Shown: positions 48,227 to 58,215, counted from the stretch's first letter. The stretch: DNA of 64,000 bases from an uncultured Clostridium sp. (GCA_930982035.1 CAKNJL010000004.1:408-64407); one strand, 5' to 3'. Notes: generated by a model from the letters alone, not told the origin. Numbers and translations: made by a program.

Positions 48227-49739
48227 TTATTTTTTTGAGCAGAAATTTGTTATATATTTTTTCTCTTGAAATAACACTATAAATCCTAGATAAGTAAAAA
48301 CAAATATAGATATTTGAATAATAGTATTAATGTTAAAAGAAAAAATATTTATATTAAATATTTGTATTAATAGATAAGAAACCAAACAAGCTAAACATGG
48401 TTTTACAACAAACTCCTTTAAATTCACAGAATAATTAATTTTCTTTTTTAACTGAACACTACTAATAGTAAAATTTAAAAGTTCACTCACAAAAATACTT
48501 AAAATATAACCATACATCCCAAAAACAGGAACAACAAAAAAGATTATAGAAATAGTAACTATCAAATCGATTATATTACAAAACATAACACTAACTTGTT
48601 CATTTATACCTTTTAGCATATTATCTATAATATTATCAATATACATAAAAAATATAAGAGGAGCAAGAATCCTGATCCATTTTCCTGTTTCAATTGATTG
48701 ATATACCATAAGGCTAATTTCATTTGCAAATATAATAAAAATGCCTGTAACGCAAATTGAAAAAATAAAAGTAATTTTAAAAATTGTATCACAAACAGTT
48801 TTCAATCTATTATAATTTTTTCCAGCAAGTAATCTAGAAAATTCGGGAACAAGCAAACCACTAAATGAGCTAATTAACACATTTGCAAACATTATAACAG
48901 GCATAACCATTCCGACTAATCAAACCATAATTAGAAACAGCCAAAGAATAGGACATACCAGATAATTCTAATCTAATAGGGATTAGAAATTGTTTTAACG
49001 ATGAAAGTCCAGAGCGTATGCAAGAAGTAATACTAATTGGAAAAGCAATTTTAAATATTTTTCTTTTCATCTGCATTGGTAAACTTCGTTTAGATAGATA
49101 TTTTCTTCTATCAACAAGGTAAAAAATAATATTTAAACTAAATGAAAATATTTCAGATATTACATCAGCCAAGATTAATGAAATACAAATAGATTCTACA
49201 TCTTTAGTGTCATTTATATAAAGTAAAAATATACTTGCAATAATTTTTACACCAGTTTCCAAAACTTGAGAAATAGCACTCTTATATGGTTTTTCAACAG
49301 ATGAAAAATATCCTCCAATTACTGAAGAAACAGAAATTAAAGGTAATCCAAGAGAAATTAAATAAAGAGGTATTTCAGAAACAGAGTTTTTTAACCAAGT
49401 AGCTGAAACAAGAGGAGCAAAAACAATTATCAAAGTTGAAGAAACAACTCCTAGTAAAATAGCAAAAAGAATAGAGGTTTTAACGGCTTTTAATCCATTT
49501 ATGTAATTTTTCTTAGCAAATTCCTCAGATACAATACAAGTACAAGCAATTCCTATTCCAGAAGTAGCAACAGTTATTGCAAAGCTATATACAGACATGA
49601 TTAAGCTAAATATACCAATAGCTTCTGAACCTACTCTATTTGCAACATATATATTAAATATTAAACCAATTCCTCGCAGAGCTAAAGAAGTAATAGTTAA
49701 AATAATACCATTAATAAAAAATAATTTTGCCTTTTTCAA
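48227..49739 (-). pseudogene. SpoVB/MurJ-like (MOP superfamily) polysaccharide/lipid II flippase-type gene split by a frameshift near 48905-48915
   Basis: Two overlapping ORFs (48870..49739 and 48227..48910) together give a ~510-aa, 14-TM MOP-type protein. The frames join at ..NYGLIS / GMVMPVIMF. Confidence 0.7.
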
Positions 49740-49785
49740 AATATCACCTTTTAAATGATATTAATGAATTTCTAGATTTATGAGT

Positions 49786-49926
49786 GGAGAGAGGAGGGAT
49801 TTTGGGGACGGTTCTTCAATCCCTGTTTTTAAGAAGTAAAAATCATATTTAAAAAATATTTAAAACAGGGATTGAAGGACCGTCCCCAAAATCCCTCCTC
49901 TCTCCGAAGGACCGTCCCCAAAATCC
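49786..49926. repeat. Composite GGGGACG-box repeat: 44-nt inverted repeat plus a third direct 21-nt copy
   Basis: 49786-49829 and 49862-49905 are reverse complements with 1 mismatch. 49906-49926 duplicates 49874-49894 exactly. Confidence 0.85.
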
Positions 49927-49934
49927 ATCCCTCA

Positions 49935-50672
49935 TTATTTCAAACTCATTAAAGTGATATTTACAGTACCGTTTGCTACAGAGGATAGAATTTTTATATC
50001 GTTTCCAGTATCATTTCTGAATTTAAAGTCATAACTACCATATGCGACTGCGGCATCTTTGCCGTCTGGCACATAAGGAACATGATTACTATGAGGATGT
50101 CTTTCGATAACAGTTAGAGTAGGAACAGCTAATACTGCATTATATAATGTACTACTAACTTGACAGTTACCGCCCCCATAGCCTTTTTTCTTATTTCCAT
50201 TTTTATCATATATATCGGCTTTTAAGTAACCTTTGCTACTTGTAGAAGGTCCTACTGTATTACAAAAAGAGAATGTTGCACCATTTTTTACAGTTGTTCC
50301 ATTTAATGTAGTTGTTGTTATTTGCATATTTGTTGTTCTATTTGTATCATTTGAATAAATTTTTGTAGAGAAAGCTGATAATTGTTCTTCAACAGGTGCC
50401 GGAGTAGTTTGAACTTGAGATGTATCTGGTTGAGGAGTTTGTTGTGGTGCTGGTTGTGCTGTGTTTGTTTCATTTGTCGAATTAGTAGGTGTTTCATTAG
50501 AAGATGTATTAGTTGTATTATTAACATTTACATTTTGTTCTGCTGAAGTTTTATTTGCTTCGTAATTATTATTTTCGTTATTATTTGATATATTTTGGGT
50601 ATAAATATATATACCAAGTGCAATTAATATTACTAAAGCAATTATTGCTAAAATTCCAATTTTTTTATTCAT
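49935..50672 (-). CDS. VanW-domain protein with N-terminal TM anchor and N/T/Q/P-rich linker
   Basis: TM helix, a low-complexity linker, then a VanW-like region (GATFSFCNTVGP...GGGNCQVSSTLYNA). Confidence 0.75.
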   Translation of the reverse strand: MNKKIGILAIIALVILIALGIYIYTQNISNNNENNNYEANKTSAEQNVNVNNTTNTSSNETPTNSTNETNTAQPAPQQTPQPDTSQVQTTPAPVEEQLSAFSTKIYSNDTNRTTNMQITTTTLNGTTVKNGATFSFCNTVGPSTSSKGYLKADIYDKNGNKKKGYGGGNCQVSSTLYNAVLAVPTLTVIERHPHSNHVPYVPDGKDAAVAYGSYDFKFRNDTGNDIKILSSVANGTVNITLMSLK

Positions 50673-50777
50673 TTTAAAATCAATTCCTTTAAAAATATTT
50701 AGGTTTTTATAAAGGGAGCTACCTATAAACCAATTTATTGTACTTTGTTGTAATTCATAGCTGATTTCTGAAATATT

Positions 50778-50829
50778 CTAAAACTAATAATATATAAATC
50801 TTATAAAATTTATATATTATTAGTTTTAG
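50778..50829. promoter_or_regulatory. Perfect 22-bp-arm palindrome in a divergent intergenic region
   Basis: ctaaaactaataatatataaat (50778-50799) and atttatatattattagttttag (50808-50829) are exact reverse complements. Confidence 0.6.
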
Positions 50830-50942
50830 GATTATTAAACTGTGCTTTTATTTTATTTTGTCCAAAAGTTTTAAAATTATTGACTTTTTGCAAAAAAATA
50901 TATATAATTATATATGTATATAAAAGAAAAAGGAGAAAAAAT

Positions 50943-51122
50943 ATGCTTGCTAAATATTGGAAAAAAATTGGAATGCTGATATTAATAATTGCGTGTGTAT
51001 TTAATGTAATGAGTAAATTAGTAAATAAACTTTCACTTAACAGTGAGATGTTGTCTTCAGCTCAATATGTATATGCTCAACAACAAGAAGAAAGTGAAGA
51101 AGAAAATAATGAAAATAAATAA
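50943..51122 (+). CDS. Small membrane-anchored protein (59 aa) with acidic tail
   Basis: SD aaaggag upstream; promoter TTGACT (50880-50885)-N17-TATAAT (50903-50908). Confidence 0.5.
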   Translation: MLAKYWKKIGMLILIIACVFNVMSKLVNKLSLNSEMLSSAQYVYAQQQEESEEENNENK

Positions 51123-51206
51123 AATTTAGACTTGAAAAATATAAAAAAATATGTTATGATAGAAAGCAGTCAAGTTATTTCAATTGAAGAAAGAGGTGAA
51201 CTATAG

Positions 51207-51407
51207 ATGAAAAAAGGACTACATCCTGAATATAATCAAACAACAATCACATGTGCATGTGGAAATGTTTTAGAAGTAGGATCAACAAAAAAAGATATTA
51301 AAGTAGATGTATGCTCTAAATGTCATCCATTCTGGACAGGAAACTTAAGACAAGATACAGTTGGTGGTAGAGCAGATAAATTTAAGAAAAAATATGGACT
51401 TCAATAA
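51207..51407 (+). CDS. rpmE: 50S ribosomal protein L31 (Zn-binding type A)
   Basis: MKKGLHPEY, CxC...CSKCHPF and GR.DKF motifs. Confidence 0.95.
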   Translation: MKKGLHPEYNQTTITCACGNVLEVGSTKKDIKVDVCSKCHPFWTGNLRQDTVGGRADKFKKKYGLQ

Positions 51408-51408
51408 A

Positions 51409-51447
51409 ATAGAAGAGGTACAAAAACATACCTCTTCTATTTTGTTT
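51409..51447 (+). terminator. rpmE terminator
   Basis: atagaagaggta / tacctcttctat 12-bp stem followed by tttgttt. Confidence 0.75.
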
Positions 51448-51511
51448 ATACAATTTTTTATATAAAAAAATTGTATAATGATGATTTTTTTCTTCGTCTC
51501 TAAAATCATAG

Positions 51512-52207
51512 TTATAGTTCTTCTTTTTCTTTATTTGAATTTAAATATAATTTATAAACTTCCTCAGAAGTTAAAATATCATAAACTTTTAATTTTACTG
51601 CTTTTCCAGTTAGAGGAGAATTTATAGTCCCGCGTGGTGTTAAGTAAACTAAATAATTATAAGAAGATATAAATAATTCAACATTTCCATTATCATTTGT
51701 ATCATATCCATATCCAAATTCAACAAATTCATTGTCATCATTTAATGTTAATAATAGTACATAAGGTCTAAAATAACTATCTCTATCTGAAATTTCAAAA
51801 GTTACTAGAAAGATATTTTTAAAACTAATACCTTCTAATTCAAAACTTTTTATATATTTTATATCAAGTAGGTTTAAAATTCTTTGTTCATCAGAAAGAT
51901 AGGTATATTCTGGTAAGTCCTTTATAGGAATTATTTCCTTTGTCTTTAAAAAATAAGGATTTACTGTGTTACCAGATACGGCATCAACAAAAGATTTTAT
52001 ATCTAACATTCCCCATAAGGATAATATGTCATTATTTATTTTATTTTTATAATTTCTATATAAAAGGTCTCTAACATTTAATTTTTGCAATTTTTCTAAA
52101 GTAGGTTGTACGAAATCATTTTTTCCTTGTCTATATATGTTTACAGCATTAGAAGGACCTTTCTTTTTTGTAGTTTTTGTTTTTAATAAAGAATCAAAAT
52201 CACCCAT
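51512..52207 (-). CDS. Hypothetical protein (231 aa)
   Basis: Long ORF with SD aaggagg upstream; no recognisable motif. Confidence 0.55.
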   Translation of the reverse strand: MGDFDSLLKTKTTKKKGPSNAVNIYRQGKNDFVQPTLEKLQKLNVRDLLYRNYKNKINNDILSLWGMLDIKSFVDAVSGNTVNPYFLKTKEIIPIKDLPEYTYLSDEQRILNLLDIKYIKSFELEGISFKNIFLVTFEISDRDSYFRPYVLLLTLNDDNEFVEFGYGYDTNDNGNVELFISSYNYLVYLTPRGTINSPLTGKAVKLKVYDILTSEEVYKLYLNSNKEKEEL

Positions 52208-52376
52208 AATAATTTAAAGCCTCCTTAAAGTTAATTTTATATTTGTTTTTCTTATTATAACACAAGGCACATTATATCTGCAACCTAGAATTTTTGTACA
52301 ACTTGATATAATGTGGTTGCTAAAAAATAACGTATATGATACACTATTTAAAATAAATGAGATATGGAGGCAAAGA

Positions 52377-53482
52377 ATGAAAATAAATAATAATTACAAT
52401 GAATGTTTAACTAACTTAGCCTGTTCAATAAGAAAATATTTTGAATTAGCTTATAATCATAATACTTTAAGCTATATTGATGAAATTTTAGAAGAAAAAA
52501 ACCTAAAAATGTGGTCACAATTCTTTTCGATGGAATGGGTTCTAATATATTAGATAGAGTACTTGTATCAGATTCTTTTTTTATTAGTCATAGAATTAAG
52601 CCAATTACAACAGTTTTTCCTGCAACTACAGTTGCAGCTACTACGTCTATTCAAACAGGTCTAAATCCTTCTGAAACAGGAATGCTTGGTTGGAATATGT
52701 ATTTTAAGGATATTAATAAAATTATTACTACATTCAAAGAATCTGAAAAGGGAGACAAATCAGAAACACCTTTAGAAGAAGCAAAAAAATTTAAAAATAA
52801 GTATATGAAAACAAAAACAATAGTAGAAGAGATAAATGAAAAAGGGAAATATAAGGGATATAGATTATATCCTATCGAAGAAAATCCATATAGCGACTTA
52901 GAAGAAATGTTTGAAAAGATAGAAAAACTTTGCTCAGAAAATGGGAAAAAATATATTTATGCATATGATACGGAACCAGATCATCTAATGCATAGATTTG
53001 GTACATATTGTAGTGAAATAAAAGACTTAATTCGCTATAGAGATATTATGACTCAAAAATTATGTAATAAGTTAAAAGATACTGTTATCTTTATAGTAGC
53101 AGACCATGGACACACTCCAGTAGAAAATATTCATCTTGAAAATTATCCGGAAATTGTTAAATGCCTAAAACGAGGAACATCAATAGAGCCTAGAGCAGTA
53201 AATTTTTTTATTAAGGATGATAAAAAAGAAAAGTTTGTAAATTTATTTAATAAAAATTTCGGAAAAGATTTTGAATTATGCACAAAAAAAGAAGTAATAG
53301 ATAGCAAATTTTTTGGTGATGGAGATGAAAATCCAATTTTTAATAGTGCAATAGGTGATTTTTTAGCAATAGCTATAGGAAATAAAACAATTTTATTTAA
53401 TGGTGACAAGGAATTTGTATCTCAGCATGCAGGAATGACTGATGATGAGATTTTAGTGCCATTGATAGTTGTAAAAAAGTGA
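52377..53482 (+). pseudogene. Alkaline-phosphatase-superfamily phosphodiesterase/nucleotide pyrophosphatase-like gene interrupted by a frameshift in an A7 run (52494-52500)
   Basis: SD GGAGG (52366-52370) plus the ATG at 52377 opens a 41-codon N-terminal frame up to the A-run. One extra A would fuse it to 52511..53482 (..EEKKPKNVVTILFDGMGSN, ADHGH). Confidence 0.65.
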
Positions 53483-53691
53483 TACAAAAAAGGCTAAATT
53501 CTAATAAATATGTTTAATCTTGAAATTTTTTAGTGAGTTGACATATTTTGTAAAATATGGTATTCTATATATTGTAACTAGCAGTAATTTCTTATTTTAT
53601 GGATTATAAACAATTTATAAAATAAGAAAAGTTGTATATTGTGTATTCATTTATGCACGGATTCTAAGAGAATAGGAGGCTAGGAGATGTG

Positions 53692-54405
53692 ATGAAACGG
53701 TTACAAGAGCTAACGGTATTTATTCCAGCTGCTGGATATGGCAGGAGAATGGGAAAACGGTGCGTTAATTTTCAAAAATGCATGTTACCTATTTGGGAAG
53801 AAAAGAAACCAATTTTATTTCATATTGTTGATAATTTGAAAAAAGTTGGATGCACTAATTTTATAATTGCAGTAAATCATTGTAAGACTCAAGTTAAAGA
53901 GTATTTCAAAGATGGAAAGCAATTAGGAATCAATATTACTTATGTTGAAGGTGAATTTACTTCTACATATGACACTTTGATGAAAGCTATTGATGTACTT
54001 CCAGATATCTTCGTATACACACATGGAGATATGATTTTTAGACCGGAAGTGTATACACTACTTGAATCAAAGTTTAATGTGCACAATTTAAGTACAATAG
54101 CTTTAATGCCAAATACAAATCTTCAGATGACACATCCACAGATAACGTTATGCGGAGATATGGTCAAGAATATTTTCTTTGATGGAAAGATAGGAGAGTA
54201 TCCATATATGTATTTGGGTGGAGCCATTTATAACAAATCTGACTTTTTGGAAAATTTTGATGGTGATTTTTCTGGAATGGTTGAAAAAGTAATTGCACAG
54301 AAACTGAAGAAGCAAGAATATGTAAATGCAGTTATTTACAACAGAGAATGGAGACACCTGATGAATGAATGTGATTATCAGATTGTTGCAAATGAAAGTA
54401 ATTAG
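53692..54405 (+). CDS. Sugar-phosphate nucleotidyltransferase family protein
   Basis: IPAAGYGRRMG (GxGxR NTP-transferase motif); SD aggag. Confidence 0.7.
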   Translation: MKRLQELTVFIPAAGYGRRMGKRCVNFQKCMLPIWEEKKPILFHIVDNLKKVGCTNFIIAVNHCKTQVKEYFKDGKQLGINITYVEGEFTSTYDTLMKAIDVLPDIFVYTHGDMIFRPEVYTLLESKFNVHNLSTIALMPNTNLQMTHPQITLCGDMVKNIFFDGKIGEYPYMYLGGAIYNKSDFLENFDGDFSGMVEKVIAQKLKKQEYVNAVIYNREWRHLMNECDYQIVANESN

Positions 54406-54447
54406 TTAAATGCATAAAAGTTACAAATGTTAAAGGAGGAAGAAAAA

Positions 54448-55467
54448 ATGTCAATTTTATTAACAGGTGGAGCAGGATTCATTGGCTCTCACACAGCAGT
54501 AGAGTTAATCAACGCAGGATATGAAGTAATAATTGCTGACAATCTTGCAAATAGTAACAAAAAAGTCATCGACCGCATTGAGAAAATAACAGGAACACGT
54601 CCAAAATTTTATGAAATCAATGTGGCAGTGAAAGAAGATGTCTATAAAATCTTCGATGAAAATCATATTGATGGAGTAATCCATTTTGCGGGATTTAAAT
54701 GTGTTCCTGAATCAACAAGGATACCTTTAAAGTATTACCGTAACAATTTGGACACTACATTAACAATATTGGAAGTAATAGAAGAACGTAATTGTAGAGC
54801 ACTTGTATTTAGTTCCTCTGCAACAGTTTACGGAGATAAGAATCCAGTACCACTTAAAGAAGACATGCCTACAGGAAGTTCGACAAATGCTTATGGTAGT
54901 ACGAAACTAATGATTGAGAACATTATTAAAGATGTTTCTCGTGCATCTAAAGATTTTTCGGCTGTATTACTTAGATACTTTAATCCAATTGGGGCACATC
55001 CAAGTGGATTGATTGGTGAGGCACCAGATGGCATACCTAACAACTTGATGCCGTATGTCACCCAAACTGCTATTGGAGTACGTGATCATTTGAATGTATT
55101 TGGAACAGATTACAATACTCATGATGGGACAGGAGTGCGTGATTATATCCATGTTGTAGATTTAGCTAAAGGACATGTAGCAGCAATAAAATATGCAACT
55201 GAACATGTTGGAGTTGAAGCAATTAACTTAGGAACAGGTAAAGGAAGTAGTGTTTTAGATGTTGTGCATGCTTTTGAAAAGGCCAATAATATGAATATTC
55301 CTATTGAATATGGGGAGAGAAGACCTGGCGATGTGGATGCTTCTTATGCTTCTGTTGAAAAAGCAGCCAAGCTTTTAAATTGGCATGCAGAGTATACACT
55401 TGAAGACATGTGTAAACATTCTTGGAACTGGCAGAAAAATAATCCTAACGGTTATGAAGACAAATAG
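54448..55467 (+). CDS. galE: UDP-glucose 4-epimerase
   Basis: LLTGGAGFIGSH, SSSATVYG, YGSTK, LRYFNP and DGTGVRDYIHV motifs. SD aaaggagg. Confidence 0.93.
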   Translation: MSILLTGGAGFIGSHTAVELINAGYEVIIADNLANSNKKVIDRIEKITGTRPKFYEINVAVKEDVYKIFDENHIDGVIHFAGFKCVPESTRIPLKYYRNNLDTTLTILEVIEERNCRALVFSSSATVYGDKNPVPLKEDMPTGSSTNAYGSTKLMIENIIKDVSRASKDFSAVLLRYFNPIGAHPSGLIGEAPDGIPNNLMPYVTQTAIGVRDHLNVFGTDYNTHDGTGVRDYIHVVDLAKGHVAAIKYATEHVGVEAINLGTGKGSSVLDVVHAFEKANNMNIPIEYGERRPGDVDASYASVEKAAKLLNWHAEYTLEDMCKHSWNWQKNNPNGYEDK

Positions 55468-55501
55468 TTAAATTGTCTTGATATCATCTTGAATCCTAGA
55501 A

Positions 55502-55545
55502 AAAAGAGACTATAAATTTTTAATTAAAAGTTTATAGTCTCTTTT
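55502..55545 (+). terminator. galE terminator
   Basis: aaaagagactataaa / tttatagtctctttt 15-bp stem. Confidence 0.75.
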
Positions 55546-55865
55546 ATGTGTATGATAAGTAGTATGTTGGTTAATTAATTGGTGAGAGTCTAGAATATGT
55601 AAATATTGTTAATCGCCTAGAAGATATAAGTCATCCAGCCTGAGATGAAATTAGAGCAATTGTCTATCAAATAAAAAAGAAATAAAAGTAAATATGCATA
55701 ATAGGATAAGTACAATAAATAAACAGAAAGTTTAAACTATTATTATTATTATGGAATAAAAACACGAATTTTATAAAAAATCTAACATCCAAAAAAATCA
55801 TAAGTAAAAATCCTTGCAAAAATCGCCAAAATATAATAAAATATGCAATTGATGGAGGTATAAAA

Positions 55866-57284
55866 GTGAATACAATTAATGAAGTAAAAAAACAAGAAGA
55901 ATATATAGAAAAAGTAAAAGAATTAAATAGGGGAAAAACATTAAAATACAACATTTTTACAATGGGATGTCAACTAAATGAGAATGATTCAGAAAAACTT
56001 TGTGGTATGCTAGAAAAAATGGGATATATCAAAACAGATAAATTTCAGGAAGCAGACCTAAATTTATTTAACACTTGCTGTGTAAGAGAAAATGCTGAGG
56101 ACAAATTATTTGGAAAGTTAGGAGAATTAAAAAAGGTAAAAGAAGAAAAAGGAACAATCATAGCAATTGGTGGTTGTATGATGCAAGAAAAACATATAAC
56201 AGACAAAATCAAAGAATCATATCCATTTGTTGACGTGATTTTTGGAACACATACATTATATAGATTTCCAGAAGATTTGTATAAAGCTTTAATAGAAAAG
56301 AAAAAGCAGGAAGATATTTTAGATATTGATGGAGAAATTTATGAAGGTTTACCAATTAAAAGAGATAGTAATATAAAAGCATCTGTAACAATTATGAATG
56401 GTTGTAACAATTTTTGTACATATTGTATAGTTCCATATGTTAGAGGTAGAGAAAGAAGTAGAGAACCAAAAGAAATCATAAAAGAAGTTCAAGAATTAGC
56501 AAAACAAGGATATAAAGAAATTATGCTATTAGGACAAAATGTCAATTCATATTTAAGAGTTGAAAAGGAAAAAGGAAAAGCATTTGAAGAATATGAAGGA
56601 GTTAACTCTTTTGCTACATTATTAAGAGCAATCAACAAAATTGAAGGAATTGAGAGGATTCGATTTGTTTCTCCACATCCAAAAGATTTTACAGATGATG
56701 TTATTGATGCAATTGCTGACTGTGAAAAAGTTTGCAAATTAGTACATTTACCATTACAATCTGGAAACACAAAAGTTTTAAAAGAGATGAATAGAAAATA
56801 TAGCAAAGAACAATACTTAAATTTAGTAGAAAAAATGAAAAAAAGAATACCAAATTTGACATTATCAACTGATATTATTGTTGGATTTCCAGGGGAGACA
56901 GATGAAGAGTTTGAAGATACATTAGATGTAGTAAGAAAGGTAAATTTTGAACAAGTATATATGTTTATCTATTCAAGAAGAGTTGGAACACCTGGAGACA
57001 AAATGGAAAATCAAATTCCAGAAGAAATTAAACACAAACGTTTTGATAGATTAAAAGAATTAGTAGAAAGCCAAATAGAAGAAAATAATCAAAAGTATGT
57101 AGGAACGATTCAAAAAGTATTAGTAGAAGGCACTAGTAAAAATAATGAAAATATGTTAACTGGGAGGACTGATAGTAACAAAGTTGTTATATTTGAAGGT
57201 GATAAAAGTTTGATTAATCAAATTATAGATTTAAAAATTGTATCTGAGCATATGTGGTATTTGAAAGGAAATATAAATGAGTAA
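55866..57284 (+). CDS. miaB: tRNA-i6A37 methylthiotransferase
   Basis: GTG start after SD GGAGG. TMGCQLNENDSE N-terminal cluster, GCNNFCTYCIVP radical-SAM motif and a C-terminal TRAM domain. Confidence 0.85.
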   Translation: MNTINEVKKQEEYIEKVKELNRGKTLKYNIFTMGCQLNENDSEKLCGMLEKMGYIKTDKFQEADLNLFNTCCVRENAEDKLFGKLGELKKVKEEKGTIIAIGGCMMQEKHITDKIKESYPFVDVIFGTHTLYRFPEDLYKALIEKKKQEDILDIDGEIYEGLPIKRDSNIKASVTIMNGCNNFCTYCIVPYVRGRERSREPKEIIKEVQELAKQGYKEIMLLGQNVNSYLRVEKEKGKAFEEYEGVNSFATLLRAINKIEGIERIRFVSPHPKDFTDDVIDAIADCEKVCKLVHLPLQSGNTKVLKEMNRKYSKEQYLNLVEKMKKRIPNLTLSTDIIVGFPGETDEEFEDTLDVVRKVNFEQVYMFIYSRRVGTPGDKMENQIPEEIKHKRFDRLKELVESQIEENNQKYVGTIQKVLVEGTSKNNENMLTGRTDSNKVVIFEGDKSLINQIIDLKIVSEHMWYLKGNINE

Positions 57285-58215
57285 ATTAGATAGAGAAACA
57301 TTAATTATGTGCAAAAATAGAATTATGCAAGGTCAATCAATTAGTTCTATAGCAAGAGAAATTGGTGTTGATAGAAAAGATTTAAAAAGTAAAATTTTAG
57401 AGATTTTATCAGATGAAGAAAAAAATGAATTTAATGAAAAATTAAAACATAATTTTAGAAGAAACAGAAAAAGTGCTAGAAATATAAAAAAAGAAAATAG
57501 AGAAGAAAAGTATAAAATGGCAGTACAAACATTAGTAAGGTTAGGAATAACCAAAGAAGATATTGAAACTATATCAAGAGTATTAAGTACAAATCGCCAT
57601 ACAACAATGGCTAAAGATACATTTGCAATTAAATTAGTAGAAATACTTGAATTTATAAAAGAAAGAAATCAAGGAATAGAAGTTAATGATGAAGGATATA
57701 TTACTTCAAAAGATGTTATAAATATGATTATAAAAGACCCTAGATTTATGACAAATGATGTAAAAAGAAAATTGAAGCCAATGTGTGATATATTAGACAA
57801 TTGGTCTTCAAATGTAAATAAATATCAAATTAATAGTTATATGAAACAATATCCAGAAATATTTAAAAACTCAATCAAAAAGTTAAAAATGCATTTAATA
57901 ATAGGTGATAACTTTTTAGTTAAGTTTGATAAAAGATATATGTCATTATCAGAATATATTATTACAGAAAATCCATTCCTAATATCTGAAAATAGTTCAA
58001 AATTTTTTAGAAGAGTATGTATGCTAAAAGACTCAACTAAATCTGGGATAATAGAAGAAAAAGATTTAAATGGTAGTTTTGAAGAAACAGAAGAGATAAA
58101 GGAAAAATATGAGCTACCAGAATATGAAGATAATGAAAGTTTTAGAAGAGCTGTAGAAGATGTAATAAACAGAACAGATAGAGAAGATAAAAGCAAGAAA
58201 GGAGAAGAAATATAA
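57277..58215 (+). CDS. Hypothetical protein with N-terminal HTH-like segment and mTERF-like helical repeats
   Basis: Overlaps miaB by 8 nt and abuts the mutS ATG. Repeats of the form I..(K/Q/E)(D/Y/N)P.(F/I)(M/F/L)..(D/S/N)... Confidence 0.6.
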   Translation: MSKLDRETLIMCKNRIMQGQSISSIAREIGVDRKDLKSKILEILSDEEKNEFNEKLKHNFRRNRKSARNIKKENREEKYKMAVQTLVRLGITKEDIETISRVLSTNRHTTMAKDTFAIKLVEILEFIKERNQGIEVNDEGYITSKDVINMIIKDPRFMTNDVKRKLKPMCDILDNWSSNVNKYQINSYMKQYPEIFKNSIKKLKMHLIIGDNFLVKFDKRYMSLSEYIITENPFLISENSSKFFRRVCMLKDSTKSGIIEEKDLNGSFEETEEIKEKYELPEYEDNESFRRAVEDVINRTDREDKSKKGEEI

